Of a stretch of DNA of 64,000 nt, positions 1-8,277 are shown one piece after another. The position numbers and the translations under genes are program-made. The first letter of the stretch is position 1. Each line of letters opens with the position of its first letter. Source of the stretch: Bdellovibrio sp. (lineage in GTDB: Bacteria; Bdellovibrionota; Bdellovibrionia; Bdellovibrionales; Bdellovibrionaceae); NCBI GenBank assembly GCA_036677065.1, contig JAKFBS010000002.1, positions 192,001-256,000 of the forward strand, in the 5' to 3' direction. The notes beneath the pieces are model-generated. The model was not told the origin of the DNA, made no database searches, and saw only the letters and a list, made by a program, of their open reading frames with translations.

Positions 1-559
1 TGTAAAATTCGATCGCATGGTGGCCATTGACGTCGGTCACAACCACAGATTGGCGAGGTGCTTTGATGCCCATGTGCACTGCCGCAGACCAACCGTGACA
101 AATTCCTGTCCATGTTGGAACTTCGCCGTACTGAATTAAAGTTTTTTGTCCGCGAGCCCACATAGCTTTGGTTAATGTCCAGTTCGCATCGCCAACCAGC
201 AGGTCATATTTTTCAGCTGGGGATAGGCGGTTGATTTGACCCGAGAAAACCAGGGTCTCTGGTGGGCGCAGCATGTGATCGTTGTAATTTTCTAAGAAAT
301 TTTTTGATTTAGGAAACAATGGGTCAGCATAACGCAGTCCAAGTAAACCTTGATGAATTGGCCAATAAGAGCCAGCCCAGATTTCATACTGGGTATGGCC
401 TTGGGTCAGTCGAGTTTGCTGAAGAGTAAAAATATTTGCGATATAACTTTGTTTATCAAGAAAAATTTTAAAATCATCGTCGCGCATGGGTTCAGAGAAC
501 GGGCTTACCGCCGTAGTTAAGGCTGTTGCGGCGATAAGATTAAAGATTGTTTTTGTCAT
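1..559 (-). CDS. Secreted transglutaminase-elicitor-like protein (C-terminal part lies outside the window)
   Basis: Not in the ORF track; my translation from ATG 559: MTKTIFNLIAATALTTAVSPF... with WAGSYWP, LSPAEKYDLL and WTGICHGWS motifs typical of the GP42/TGase elicitor family. Confidence 0.7.
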   Translation of the reverse strand, partial: MTKTIFNLIAATALTTAVSPFSEPMRDDDFKIFLDKQSYIANIFTLQQTRLTQGHTQYEIWAGSYWPIHQGLLGLRYADPLFPKSKNFLENYNDHMLRPPETLVFSGQINRLSPAEKYDLLVGDANWTLTKAMWARGQKTLIQYGEVPTWTGICHGWSAAVHMGIKAPRQSVVVTDVNGHHAIEFY

Positions 560-596
560 AATGCACACTCCGTACAAAGATTTTCATCAAAGGAGT

Positions 597-612
597 TGCA
601 CTATTTATTCCA
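597..612 (-). promoter_or_regulatory. Possible sigma54 promoter for the TGase-like gene
   Basis: Minus strand TGGAATAAATAGTGCA: GG-N10-GC spacing, ~40 nt upstream of ATG 559. Confidence 0.4.
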
Positions 613-633
613 TGCGTAGATTCGGGTTAATTT

Positions 634-684
634 GCCCGAGGCGTTGAGGTCGAGGCATTGTGCGACACGGCCTCGGGCTTTTTT
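634..684 (+). terminator. GC-rich hairpin followed by a T-run in a divergent intergenic region
   Basis: GCCCGAGGC (634-642) pairs with GCCTCGGGC (670-678), followed by TTTTTT. Confidence 0.5.
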
Positions 685-713
685 GGGCTAGTTGTTTTAT
701 TATTTAGAAAATT

Positions 714-746
714 ACACACCATTCTAACACTAGGTCTACAACTCTA
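714..746 (+). promoter_or_regulatory. Three 11-bp direct repeats (OmpR/PhoB-type box), copy 1
   Basis: ACACACCATTC-TAACACTAGGT-CTACAACTCTA; aligns without gaps to 1688-1720. Confidence 0.5.
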
Positions 747-762
747 GTGGATGATTGTTCGT

Positions 763-1110
763 ATGAGTGATGTGAAAAAAAATATTTTAGTAGGAAATAT
801 ATCAATTTGTAACCACAGCAGAAAGGTTGTCGTTCGTGATGAGCAAGATTACGAATACACCTTAAAATTCACGCAAACTGAATTTAGACTTCTGACCTGC
901 TTGGCAAGTCAGCCTGAAAAAGTCTTTTCAAGAGAAGAACTATTCGACAAAGCCTGGGGAGAAGATCCGCGCGATATGGGTCGAAATGTGGATGTGCATA
1001 TTTGCCAGGTCAGAAAAAAATTAACTGATAAAAGTACACACACTGTAAAGGCCCTGTCAGGTGTAGGCTATAAACTAACACAAAGACGAAAAATAAAGAC
1101 GCAAATCTAA
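763..1110 (+). CDS. Stand-alone OmpR/PhoB-type winged-helix DNA-binding protein (no receiver domain)
   Basis: TQTEFRLL..LA...VFSREEL...WG...VDVHI...RKKL...GVGYKL; near-copy of the C-terminus of 1741..2469; ORF track starts at 751. Confidence 0.8.
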   Translation: MSDVKKNILVGNISICNHSRKVVVRDEQDYEYTLKFTQTEFRLLTCLASQPEKVFSREELFDKAWGEDPRDMGRNVDVHICQVRKKLTDKSTHTVKALSGVGYKLTQRRKIKTQI

Positions 1111-1637
1111 AGCATCAGTTGATTCAAATCTTGAGTGTTCTGTATCAAGAGTGTTTTTTGTTTGTACGCATCGCGCGACAAAATACGCAACATTTCAGGC
1201 CGCATTTTAGTGTGAACCTGATGAATGGTTTTAAAGAGCTTTACCGTATGGCTCCAATTTCTTTCGCTACTGTTGGGCGGAAGTTCAGAGCGTTGGTTCA
1301 TAAATATATTTTTAAGTACGCGCTTTGTGGCCCAGAAATAATGGGTAGCGATGGGTAAATCGATCATAATGATTTGATCGGCTAATTTCAGGCGTTCTTC
1401 CAGAATGTCTAAGGGCCCGAAACCATCGATGATCCATTCAGATTTGGCTTGTTCTAGCTTCAAAAGTTGGATGGATTCAGCAAAAGGGCGAAATTTTAAC
1501 CCCGTCATAAATTGAATTTGATCCACATGAATTAGCGGCAATTGCAATTTTTTTGCTAAGCTTTGGCTTAGACGAGTTTTGCCGCCACAAGAATTTCCGA
1601 TAATTGCAATTTTTGAGACACTTGAGACTAAAGGCAT
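1107..1637 (-). CDS. Adenylate-kinase-like P-loop protein (FlaR/topology modulation family)
   Basis: KIAIIGNSCGGKT P-loop, WIIDG, ADQIIMID. Confidence 0.75.
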   Translation of the reverse strand: MPLVSSVSKIAIIGNSCGGKTRLSQSLAKKLQLPLIHVDQIQFMTGLKFRPFAESIQLLKLEQAKSEWIIDGFGPLDILEERLKLADQIIMIDLPIATHYFWATKRVLKNIFMNQRSELPPNSSERNWSHTVKLFKTIHQVHTKMRPEMLRILSRDAYKQKTLLIQNTQDLNQLML

Positions 1638-1687
1638 GGGTGTATCTTAAGCTACATAAGACCTTGTTGCAAGTTGTCTAGAAAACT

Positions 1688-1720
1688 TAACATCAGGCTA
1701 ACACCAGGTCGACATCACTA
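1688..1720 (+). promoter_or_regulatory. Three 11-bp direct repeats (OmpR/PhoB-type box), copy 2
   Basis: TAACATCAGGC-TAACACCAGGT-CGACATCACTA directly upstream of the OmpR-family gene. Confidence 0.55.
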
Positions 1721-1740
1721 GACGATCATATAAACAAGAA

Positions 1741-2469
1741 ATGTTGAGGGCTTTTGCCGTGCATAAAGTTTTGGTGGTTGATAGTGATGAGCAGTATCAA
1801 AAGTTAATTAAGCAAACGCTAAATCACTTGGATCTTACTTTTGCAAGATCAGTTGAAGAAGCCCTTATGAAAATCAAAGAGCAAACTTTTGATTGTGTAT
1901 TAGTCGATATAAATTTACCAGAGCGCGGTAGTTTAGTTTTGTTAAAAGAAGTATTGAATGATGAGCTTTACAGAAAAACGCCAGTTCTTTGTATGGGCGA
2001 AAATGAAGATATCGCAGATCGGGTCATTGTTCTGGATATGGGTGCTGATGATTTTTTAATTAAGCCGTTTAATCCCCTGGAATTTCGCGCTCGCATAGAA
2101 AATAAAATTAAAAAAAGCATTAAATTAAAAGCTGAATCAAAAGTGACAGACATCGGAAACATGTCAATTGACCACACAAGACATCGCGTGGTCGTGCGCG
2201 ATGGTCAAAAAGAATTTGAAGTTCCGGTCACGCAAACCGAATTCAAACTTTTAACCTGTTTGGCCAAAGTGCCTGGGCAAGTTTATTCGCGAGAACAATT
2301 ATTGTCTTCGGCCTGGGGGGATGAATCGGGTGTTTTAGAGCGAGTGGTTGATGTCCATATTTGTCTGCTGCGAAAAAAATTGGGTGAAAAGTGTTCACAC
2401 ACAGTCAAAGCCCTTTCGGGTGTGGGTTATAAATTAACGGCTCATCGAAAAATTTCATTGGGGGCATAA
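1741..2469 (+). CDS. OmpR-family response regulator
   Basis: REC domain (VLVDINLP, GADDFLIKPF) plus winged helix. Confidence 0.9.
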   Translation: MLRAFAVHKVLVVDSDEQYQKLIKQTLNHLDLTFARSVEEALMKIKEQTFDCVLVDINLPERGSLVLLKEVLNDELYRKTPVLCMGENEDIADRVIVLDMGADDFLIKPFNPLEFRARIENKIKKSIKLKAESKVTDIGNMSIDHTRHRVVVRDGQKEFEVPVTQTEFKLLTCLAKVPGQVYSREQLLSSAWGDESGVLERVVDVHICLLRKKLGEKCSHTVKALSGVGYKLTAHRKISLGA

Positions 2470-2509
2470 TACCTGCTTGATTCTCTGAGGTTCTGTTTTA
2501 GACTTACTC

Positions 2510-3355
2510 ATGATGAGCCTACGTGTCGGAGAACCCTGGAGTTACGGGGATTATAAATTTTTTGGAGTATCACTTGCGGGGATTCGCACCGCCATCTCGA
2601 TGCCTGAGTTATCAATTAGTTTTGATGTGGCTCAGGGGTATCCGTATTTGTTTAATATGCACAAATATTTTATTACGCATGGGCATCTGGATCATGCGGC
2701 TGGTATTCCGTATATTATTTCGCAAAAAATGATGACCTCGCAAAAAGCGGGTGAGTTCTATATGCCAGCGTCTTTAGTTGAACCGTTATCTGAAATTATG
2801 CAGCTTTGGAGCAAGATCGAAGGTTTTCCGTACAATTTTAAATTTATTCCGGTACGTGCAGATGATGAAATCGAAGTTAATAATCATCATTTCATCAAAG
2901 CTTTTCCGACCACGCACCGGGTTGATTCTTTCGGTTATACTTTATTTGAAAATAAGAAAAAATTAAAATCTGAATACACTAGTCTTAGTAAAGATGAAAT
3001 TATTAGTTTACGCAGGCAGGGCATTGAAGTTAATGAAATAATACAAACACCGATGGTCAGCTTTACCGGAGATACCCAGATCGAATTTTTGCAGACCAGA
3101 CCGTGGATTAAAAAATCAAAAATTTTAATTTTAGAAGCCACGTATTTGGATGATAAGCGCTCAATTGAAAAAGCGCGCGAATGGGGCCATACCCATTTAG
3201 ATGAAATTATTCCGCATCTGGACGAAATTGAAAGCGAACGCATTGTTCTGATTCACGCGTCGTCTCGCTATTCAAATGCCGAAGCCAATCACATTCTGCG
3301 TGAAAAAATTCCAGTTAAACACCATGACCGCGTGGTGTTTTTTCATGGTCGATAA
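2510..3355 (+). CDS. Metallo-beta-lactamase-fold ribonuclease Z-like protein
   Basis: THGHLDH, FTGDT, LEATYLD, GHTH and LIHASSRY motifs. Confidence 0.8.
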   Translation: MMSLRVGEPWSYGDYKFFGVSLAGIRTAISMPELSISFDVAQGYPYLFNMHKYFITHGHLDHAAGIPYIISQKMMTSQKAGEFYMPASLVEPLSEIMQLWSKIEGFPYNFKFIPVRADDEIEVNNHHFIKAFPTTHRVDSFGYTLFENKKKLKSEYTSLSKDEIISLRRQGIEVNEIIQTPMVSFTGDTQIEFLQTRPWIKKSKILILEATYLDDKRSIEKAREWGHTHLDEIIPHLDEIESERIVLIHASSRYSNAEANHILREKIPVKHHDRVVFFHGR

Positions 3356-3463
3356 TGATACAAATTCATTCTCAGGGTGAGACTGGTGTAGATCCTTTTT
3401 CGTCACCCTTATAGGCTTAGACAGTCAGGCTATAAATAAGAGCCTATTGGCCCTTTTTAAGTT

Positions 3464-3479
3464 TGGTACGGCAGCTGCA
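3464..3479 (+). promoter_or_regulatory. Sigma54 -24/-12 promoter, probably a near-leaderless mRNA
   Basis: TGGTACGGCAGCTGCA (GG-N10-GC); predicted +1 near 3490, ATG at 3492. Confidence 0.55.
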
Positions 3480-3491
3480 ATTCAAAGCTGT

Positions 3492-4010
3492 ATGAAAAAA
3501 CAAATCTTAGCCTTAGCTTGCATCTTTATCTTCTCAACTCAAACGTTAGCTCAGTTAGATGGAACAGATCATAATCCTGATCAACGCATAGTTTGTGATC
3601 TTGAAGAAGCTAAGACAACAGTTAATGAAATGGTTGAAGACGAAGATCTTGGTGACTGGAAAACTTCAATGCAAGCTGCTGGTGAAAAACTTCGCGAAGA
3701 GGTTCTTAATATGTTAACCCGCGCCGACATCAGCGCAAAAACAATCGAATATGACATGTATGAAATTTTCAGAAATGCGAACTGTGTTTTTAAAATTATC
3801 AGTCAAAATGACGTTGATGCGGAAATCGGAAAAAAATATAAACATAATTTATCGATTATCGAACAGCGCGTAAAATTAAATAACTCGAAAATGCCGTCTT
3901 TAGAAAATGCAAAAACTCAAGCTGAAAAAAACAACGCCCGTGCTAATAAATATTTATACGCTAACCGCTTTGCCGCTGCCATCGTGATGGCTGTTTTTGA
4001 CGGTCAATAA
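3492..4010 (+). CDS. Secreted hypothetical protein
   Basis: MKKQILALACIFIFSTQTLA signal peptide from ATG 3492. Confidence 0.7.
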   Translation: MKKQILALACIFIFSTQTLAQLDGTDHNPDQRIVCDLEEAKTTVNEMVEDEDLGDWKTSMQAAGEKLREEVLNMLTRADISAKTIEYDMYEIFRNANCVFKIISQNDVDAEIGKKYKHNLSIIEQRVKLNNSKMPSLENAKTQAEKNNARANKYLYANRFAAAIVMAVFDGQ

Positions 4011-4117
4011 TTTCTCTGTTTGCAAAAGCTCGGTTCGTGAACTAAAGAATCTGGACCTTAGCTATAATTAATGAAAATCTATTAACAGGCGAGCTAAATG
4101 CTCGCTATTCTAGTTCT

Positions 4118-4990
4118 ATGTTAAGAATAACTTTTATAATCACAACTCTTATTACGCAATTAACATTGGCTGCATCACCGACCACAACGGTTTCTGCTAC
4201 CGTAAAAACAAAACCTGCCGCAAAGCCAACATTTGATTTAGCCTCAATAAAAAAACTTTATGACAAAGATTCAAAAGAAGACATTAACGCTAAAGGCGAC
4301 AAGGGTTGGGCATTGCTTCATCACGCAGCTTTAGCGAACAAAGCTGATATCGTGGCTTTTGCTTTATCAAAAGGTGCGCAAATTAATGTGCAAGCTAATG
4401 ATAAATCAACAGCGCTAATTGTGGCCTCGCAAGTTGGCGCAAAACAAACCGTCATGTTGCTTACAGAAAAAGGGGCCGAGATCAACGCGCGCATGACGGG
4501 TGGCTTTACCGCACTTCATTTAGCAGCTCAGCAAGGGCAAACTGAAATTGTAAAAATCTTAATCGCTGCAGGCGCTGATAAAACTTTATTAAGCGAACCT
4601 AAAGGTAGTGGCTTGCAACCGATCCATCTTGCGGCGTTGGGCGGCCATGTTTCTGCTATGAGCGCCTTATACAAAGCCGGAGTCTCAATTGATGCTTTAA
4701 CTGGGGATAAAAAAACTCCACTGATGATCGCGCTTGCAGCTAAACAAGATAAAATGGCGAACTTAATTGTAAATACCGGGGCAAATTTGAACGCTGCCGA
4801 TTCGCAAGGATTAACAGCCTTGATGATTTTAGCCAGTCATGATGGCAGTCTAGAACTGGCTAAAAAAATGATAGACAAGGGTGCCAAGCTTGAAACTGAA
4901 TCTAAAGGTAATGCGACCGCTCTTGATTATGCTAAATCTAAAAAGCGTGATGATCTTGTAAAGTATTTTGAATCAAAGGGCGCTATTTGA
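4118..4990 (+). CDS. Secreted ankyrin-repeat protein
   Basis: Signal peptide; about 7 ankyrin repeats (GFTALHLAA, KTPLMIA, GLTALM, NATALDYA). Confidence 0.9.
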   Translation: MLRITFIITTLITQLTLAASPTTTVSATVKTKPAAKPTFDLASIKKLYDKDSKEDINAKGDKGWALLHHAALANKADIVAFALSKGAQINVQANDKSTALIVASQVGAKQTVMLLTEKGAEINARMTGGFTALHLAAQQGQTEIVKILIAAGADKTLLSEPKGSGLQPIHLAALGGHVSAMSALYKAGVSIDALTGDKKTPLMIALAAKQDKMANLIVNTGANLNAADSQGLTALMILASHDGSLELAKKMIDKGAKLETESKGNATALDYAKSKKRDDLVKYFESKGAI

Positions 4991-5539
4991 TACGCCAAAT
5001 TCGCAATGCACATGAAGATTCGAAAAATCTCCAATCGTTGTTGTATTGCTTGAACTCCTAAAATTTGCATTCGTGTAAATAAATGAATCGCTTACTGAAA
5101 ACTTACTCTCGAACGACTTTTGAGTTTCTAGTAGATTCGTAAACGGATTCACTATTGAAATAGAAGCATTCATTAGCTTTCTATGATTTTTTGCATCCAG
5201 GCTAACTTCGATAGCAACGTGAAGCGGGGTTAGAATTTCATTTTTATTCGAATCCCAGCTGCGAACCATTTGGTTGAATTCAGCTTTGCCAAAACCGAAT
5301 ATGAATTCTCTGCTTCCGCCAACTACATTGATATGTTCAGATTTTGTAGACTCAAACTGCGCTGATACATTTCCAAGATTAAGAAGATCGCCGACAAGAA
5401 GTCCATTGCGGGTCTCTGTAACCAGATGACAAGTTATTTCGGTATCTAAAATTAGCGGACTAAATACAACCCCTGCATGAGATTTTACCAGCATCATAAA
5501 AAACACTAAAAAAAATAAAATAGGTTTTGTGGCTTTCAT
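4973..5539 (-). CDS. Secreted hypothetical protein
   Basis: MKATKPILFFLVFFMMLVKSHA signal peptide after an AAAGGA ribosome-binding site. Confidence 0.6.
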   Translation of the reverse strand: MKATKPILFFLVFFMMLVKSHAGVVFSPLILDTEITCHLVTETRNGLLVGDLLNLGNVSAQFESTKSEHINVVGGSREFIFGFGKAEFNQMVRSWDSNKNEILTPLHVAIEVSLDAKNHRKLMNASISIVNPFTNLLETQKSFESKFSVSDSFIYTNANFRSSSNTTTIGDFSNLHVHCEFGVSNSAL

Positions 5540-5765
5540 TGAATGATCCTTTTCTATTGGGTGCTTCAACATACCCTAGATTTTGAATTAAAGGGATTTT
5601 GTTTTTCTGGTTACTCAGCGGCAGGCAGGAGAACCAACTAATACACTCAAACTATGACCAGCGTAGCGCAGTTTTTGCAATTGTACCGCAATTAGTAAAA
5701 AAGTGAGAAAATTTGCCACATTGTCGTGGCAAAAAAATATCAAGAACAAAAAAATGAGGACAACT

Positions 5766-6464
5766 ATGAGAAAAAATCAAAGAAATGATTCAAACTATGA
5801 ATCAACTAGCCGCCGCAATAATCAAGCTTCGCAAAGAATGTATTCAGGTCGTGACCGCGATTTCGATACAGACTCTGATCTTTATGAAAATGAAGACTAT
5901 TATCGTAATGAATCTCAGCAAAGCCCACGCAGTAGCTATCAAAGTGACTATGATTATGAACCAAGTGATCGTCCAAGATTTGAAGCGCCTCAAGGCCGGG
6001 GTCGTATGGAAAGCCACGGTCTAACATCAGACTATAACCGCAATGCGCGCGATTATTCAGGAAATTTTCCGTCGTCTGAATTATCAGGTTCTGGACGCAG
6101 AGAAGCCGGCTACGGAAGCTCATGGACACAAGGTGCTCACGCTGGAAAAGGCCCTAAAGGTTATCAGCGTTCTGAAGAAAGAATCCGTGAAGACGTGTGC
6201 GACGCTTTAGAAGCGCACGCGCATATTGATGCTTCAGATATTGATGTTGAAGTGAGCGAAGGCCTAGTCACTTTAACTGGAACAGTTGATTCGCGCCAAG
6301 CCAAGCGCCTTGCTGAGCAAGCGGTTGAAACTGTTCGTGGTATTAAAGATATCAGTAACGAGCTTCGAATTATGTCGACAAGTGAAAATGTAAGAGAAGC
6401 TAAAAGTTTTACGCCGACCAAAACAAAATCTGGCAAAAAATCGGGTGCAAATTACAAACAATAG
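5766..6464 (+). CDS. BON-domain protein with R/D/Y/S-rich disordered N-terminus
   Basis: GKGPKGYQRSEERIREDVCDAL...IDVEVSEGLVTLTGTVDSR...VRGIKDISNEL; GAGGA RBS before 5766. Confidence 0.85.
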   Translation: MRKNQRNDSNYESTSRRNNQASQRMYSGRDRDFDTDSDLYENEDYYRNESQQSPRSSYQSDYDYEPSDRPRFEAPQGRGRMESHGLTSDYNRNARDYSGNFPSSELSGSGRREAGYGSSWTQGAHAGKGPKGYQRSEERIREDVCDALEAHAHIDASDIDVEVSEGLVTLTGTVDSRQAKRLAEQAVETVRGIKDISNELRIMSTSENVREAKSFTPTKTKSGKKSGANYKQ

Positions 6465-6472
6465 TATCAAAT

Positions 6473-6510
6473 AAATAAAAAAGGGACTCCCCAGAGTCCC
6501 TTTTTTATTT
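6473..6510 (+). terminator. Intrinsic terminator (bidirectional form)
   Basis: AAATAAAAAAGGGACTC-ccca-GAGTCCCTTTTTTATTT. Confidence 0.85.
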
Positions 6511-6705
6511 GGGACTTCTTGTCTATTACTTGATGGAACTCCACTTAACAAAGGGCATGTTCGCCGCTTCTATTTTGCTCTGGTTTGTGAGAGCATTTTC
6601 GCAGTGTTTACCGGGTGGAGTCCAGAATTTTACACCAATGCGCCAGCTCCGCGAAGTTCTCTAGGTAAATGGATTAGAAAAACCTTTCCACCTAGAGGCC
6701 GATAG

Positions 6706-6765
6706 CTGAAAAAATGCCCCATTCCCATCCTAACCTGGGCTGAACTTTGAACATTTTGCTTTAGG
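6706..6765 (+). repeat. Degenerate copy A of the block found upstream of both tRNA-Leu genes
   Basis: GAAAAAATGCCCC...AACCTGGGCTGAACTTTGAACATTTTGCTT versus GAAAAATGCCCC...AACCTTGACTGAACTTTGGATATTTAGCTT at 14287-14339. Confidence 0.7.
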
Positions 6766-6836
6766 TTTTGAATTGTTTAATATCATTATAAGTGATTCAA
6801 TTAACTTCGGTTTATTATCCCAAGGAGAGCTGTTTT

Positions 6837-7211
6837 TTGGATCCTGTAAAAAACATTTTAGTCGTAGACGATGATGAAGGAATTCGTGAGATTCTGCAAA
6901 TGGCGTTTGCAACAGAAGGCTATTCTGTAACAACTGCAGCCAATGGCCTAGAGGCTATAGATATCCTTTCTCGTTCGCCTGACTATGGGCTCATTCTTTT
7001 AGATTTAATGATGCCTAAGATGAATGGTTGGGAATTCATTGAAGCTTTTCAGAAAAATAATTACCCCGAAATTCCAATCATCTTGATGACGGCCTATGCT
7101 GACCGAGTTAAAAATATTGATGTCGTCAAAGAGGTGATCCTCAAACCAATGGATTTTGGTGCCCTTTTGCAAAGAGTCGATGCGAATTTTAAGGCGAATC
7201 ATAAATCATAA
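6837..7211 (+). CDS. Single-domain response regulator (CheY-like)
   Basis: ILVVDDD, LILLDLMMPKMNG, MTA, LKP; TTG start after AAGGAG; paralog of 14350..14709. Confidence 0.9.
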   Translation: MDPVKNILVVDDDEGIREILQMAFATEGYSVTTAANGLEAIDILSRSPDYGLILLDLMMPKMNGWEFIEAFQKNNYPEIPIILMTAYADRVKNIDVVKEVILKPMDFGALLQRVDANFKANHKS

Positions 7212-7219
7212 GAGGAAGT

Positions 7220-8272
7220 ATGAATATTCTTAGTCTGCTAACGATTGTATGTGTTCTTGTTGGCGCGCCTAATATTTACGCAAAAGAATATCGCGTGGGT
7301 GTGCTTTATTGGTCAATGAATATCGAAGGCCAGGTGGCCATGAGAAAAGGCGTAGAAGAAGTTGCAGCTCAGATTAATCGTGAATTTAAAAAAACTGCAA
7401 AAAAGTCTAAAGATTACTTAAAATTAATTCCCTATGTTGCCGGTGATGGAGAAGCCGGGGTTGCTAATCAAATTAAACAAATGGATCAGATGATTGAAAA
7501 AGATAATGTCGATCTTATCATTGTGCAGCCTACAGACAATGCAGCTCTTGTTGCCCCGTTATTAAAAGCTAATGCAAAAAAAATTCCTGTTGTTGCTTAC
7601 GATCAATATATCGTTAAAGGCGAAATTGCTTCTTACATCACGTCAAATAATTATCAAGCCGGATATTTAGACGGAGAATATTTGGCCTCATTATTTTCAG
7701 ATGATTATGAAATGAAGTTAGTGTTAGTCGAATACCCGAAAGTTTCTTCAACAGTTGAAAGAGTTGACGGCCTAATAGATGCTTTAAAAGCCGAAAAACA
7801 AAAATTTAAAGTCATCGGAACATTTGAAGCCGTCGAGCCAGTAGCCGGTAAAAAAGTTGGAGCTGAAATTCTGGCTAAATTTCCGAATAAAAATTCGATT
7901 GATGTTATCTTCACCGTAAATGATGGTGGTGGGCTAAGTGTGGTCGAGGCAATAGCTGCGGCCAAAAGAAATGAAATAAAAATAGCAACAGTAGACGGCG
8001 ACCCACGTTCAGTAAAAAATATTAAAGCGGGGCGAAATACAGTCATTGATGCGGCCCAGTTTTGCGCTGAAATTGGAAGGCAAAGCATGAGTGTTGCCTG
8101 GAAAATATTAAAAGGCGAAAAATATCCAAAAAAGGTTCTCGTGCCCACATTTCCAATAGTTAAAGCCACGGTAAATATTTACCCGGGGTGGTTAGGTAAA
8201 ATACCGGATAAATTTGAAAAATCATGGAAGAAAGGCAGCTTCTGGGATAATCAATTCCTAGAAAAATATTAG
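7220..8272 (+). CDS. Periplasmic sugar-binding protein (RbsB-like type I SBP), no transporter genes nearby
   Basis: Signal peptide; VDLIIVQP, IPVVAYD, SNNYQAG, VNDGG, VDG motifs. Confidence 0.85.
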   Translation: MNILSLLTIVCVLVGAPNIYAKEYRVGVLYWSMNIEGQVAMRKGVEEVAAQINREFKKTAKKSKDYLKLIPYVAGDGEAGVANQIKQMDQMIEKDNVDLIIVQPTDNAALVAPLLKANAKKIPVVAYDQYIVKGEIASYITSNNYQAGYLDGEYLASLFSDDYEMKLVLVEYPKVSSTVERVDGLIDALKAEKQKFKVIGTFEAVEPVAGKKVGAEILAKFPNKNSIDVIFTVNDGGGLSVVEAIAAAKRNEIKIATVDGDPRSVKNIKAGRNTVIDAAQFCAEIGRQSMSVAWKILKGEKYPKKVLVPTFPIVKATVNIYPGWLGKIPDKFEKSWKKGSFWDNQFLEKY

Positions 8273-8277
8273 GTATC

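Noticed and set aside
6679..6705. Sigma28-like GCCGATAG upstream of the first cassette
   Set aside because: The -35 position is only an A-run; too weak to call.
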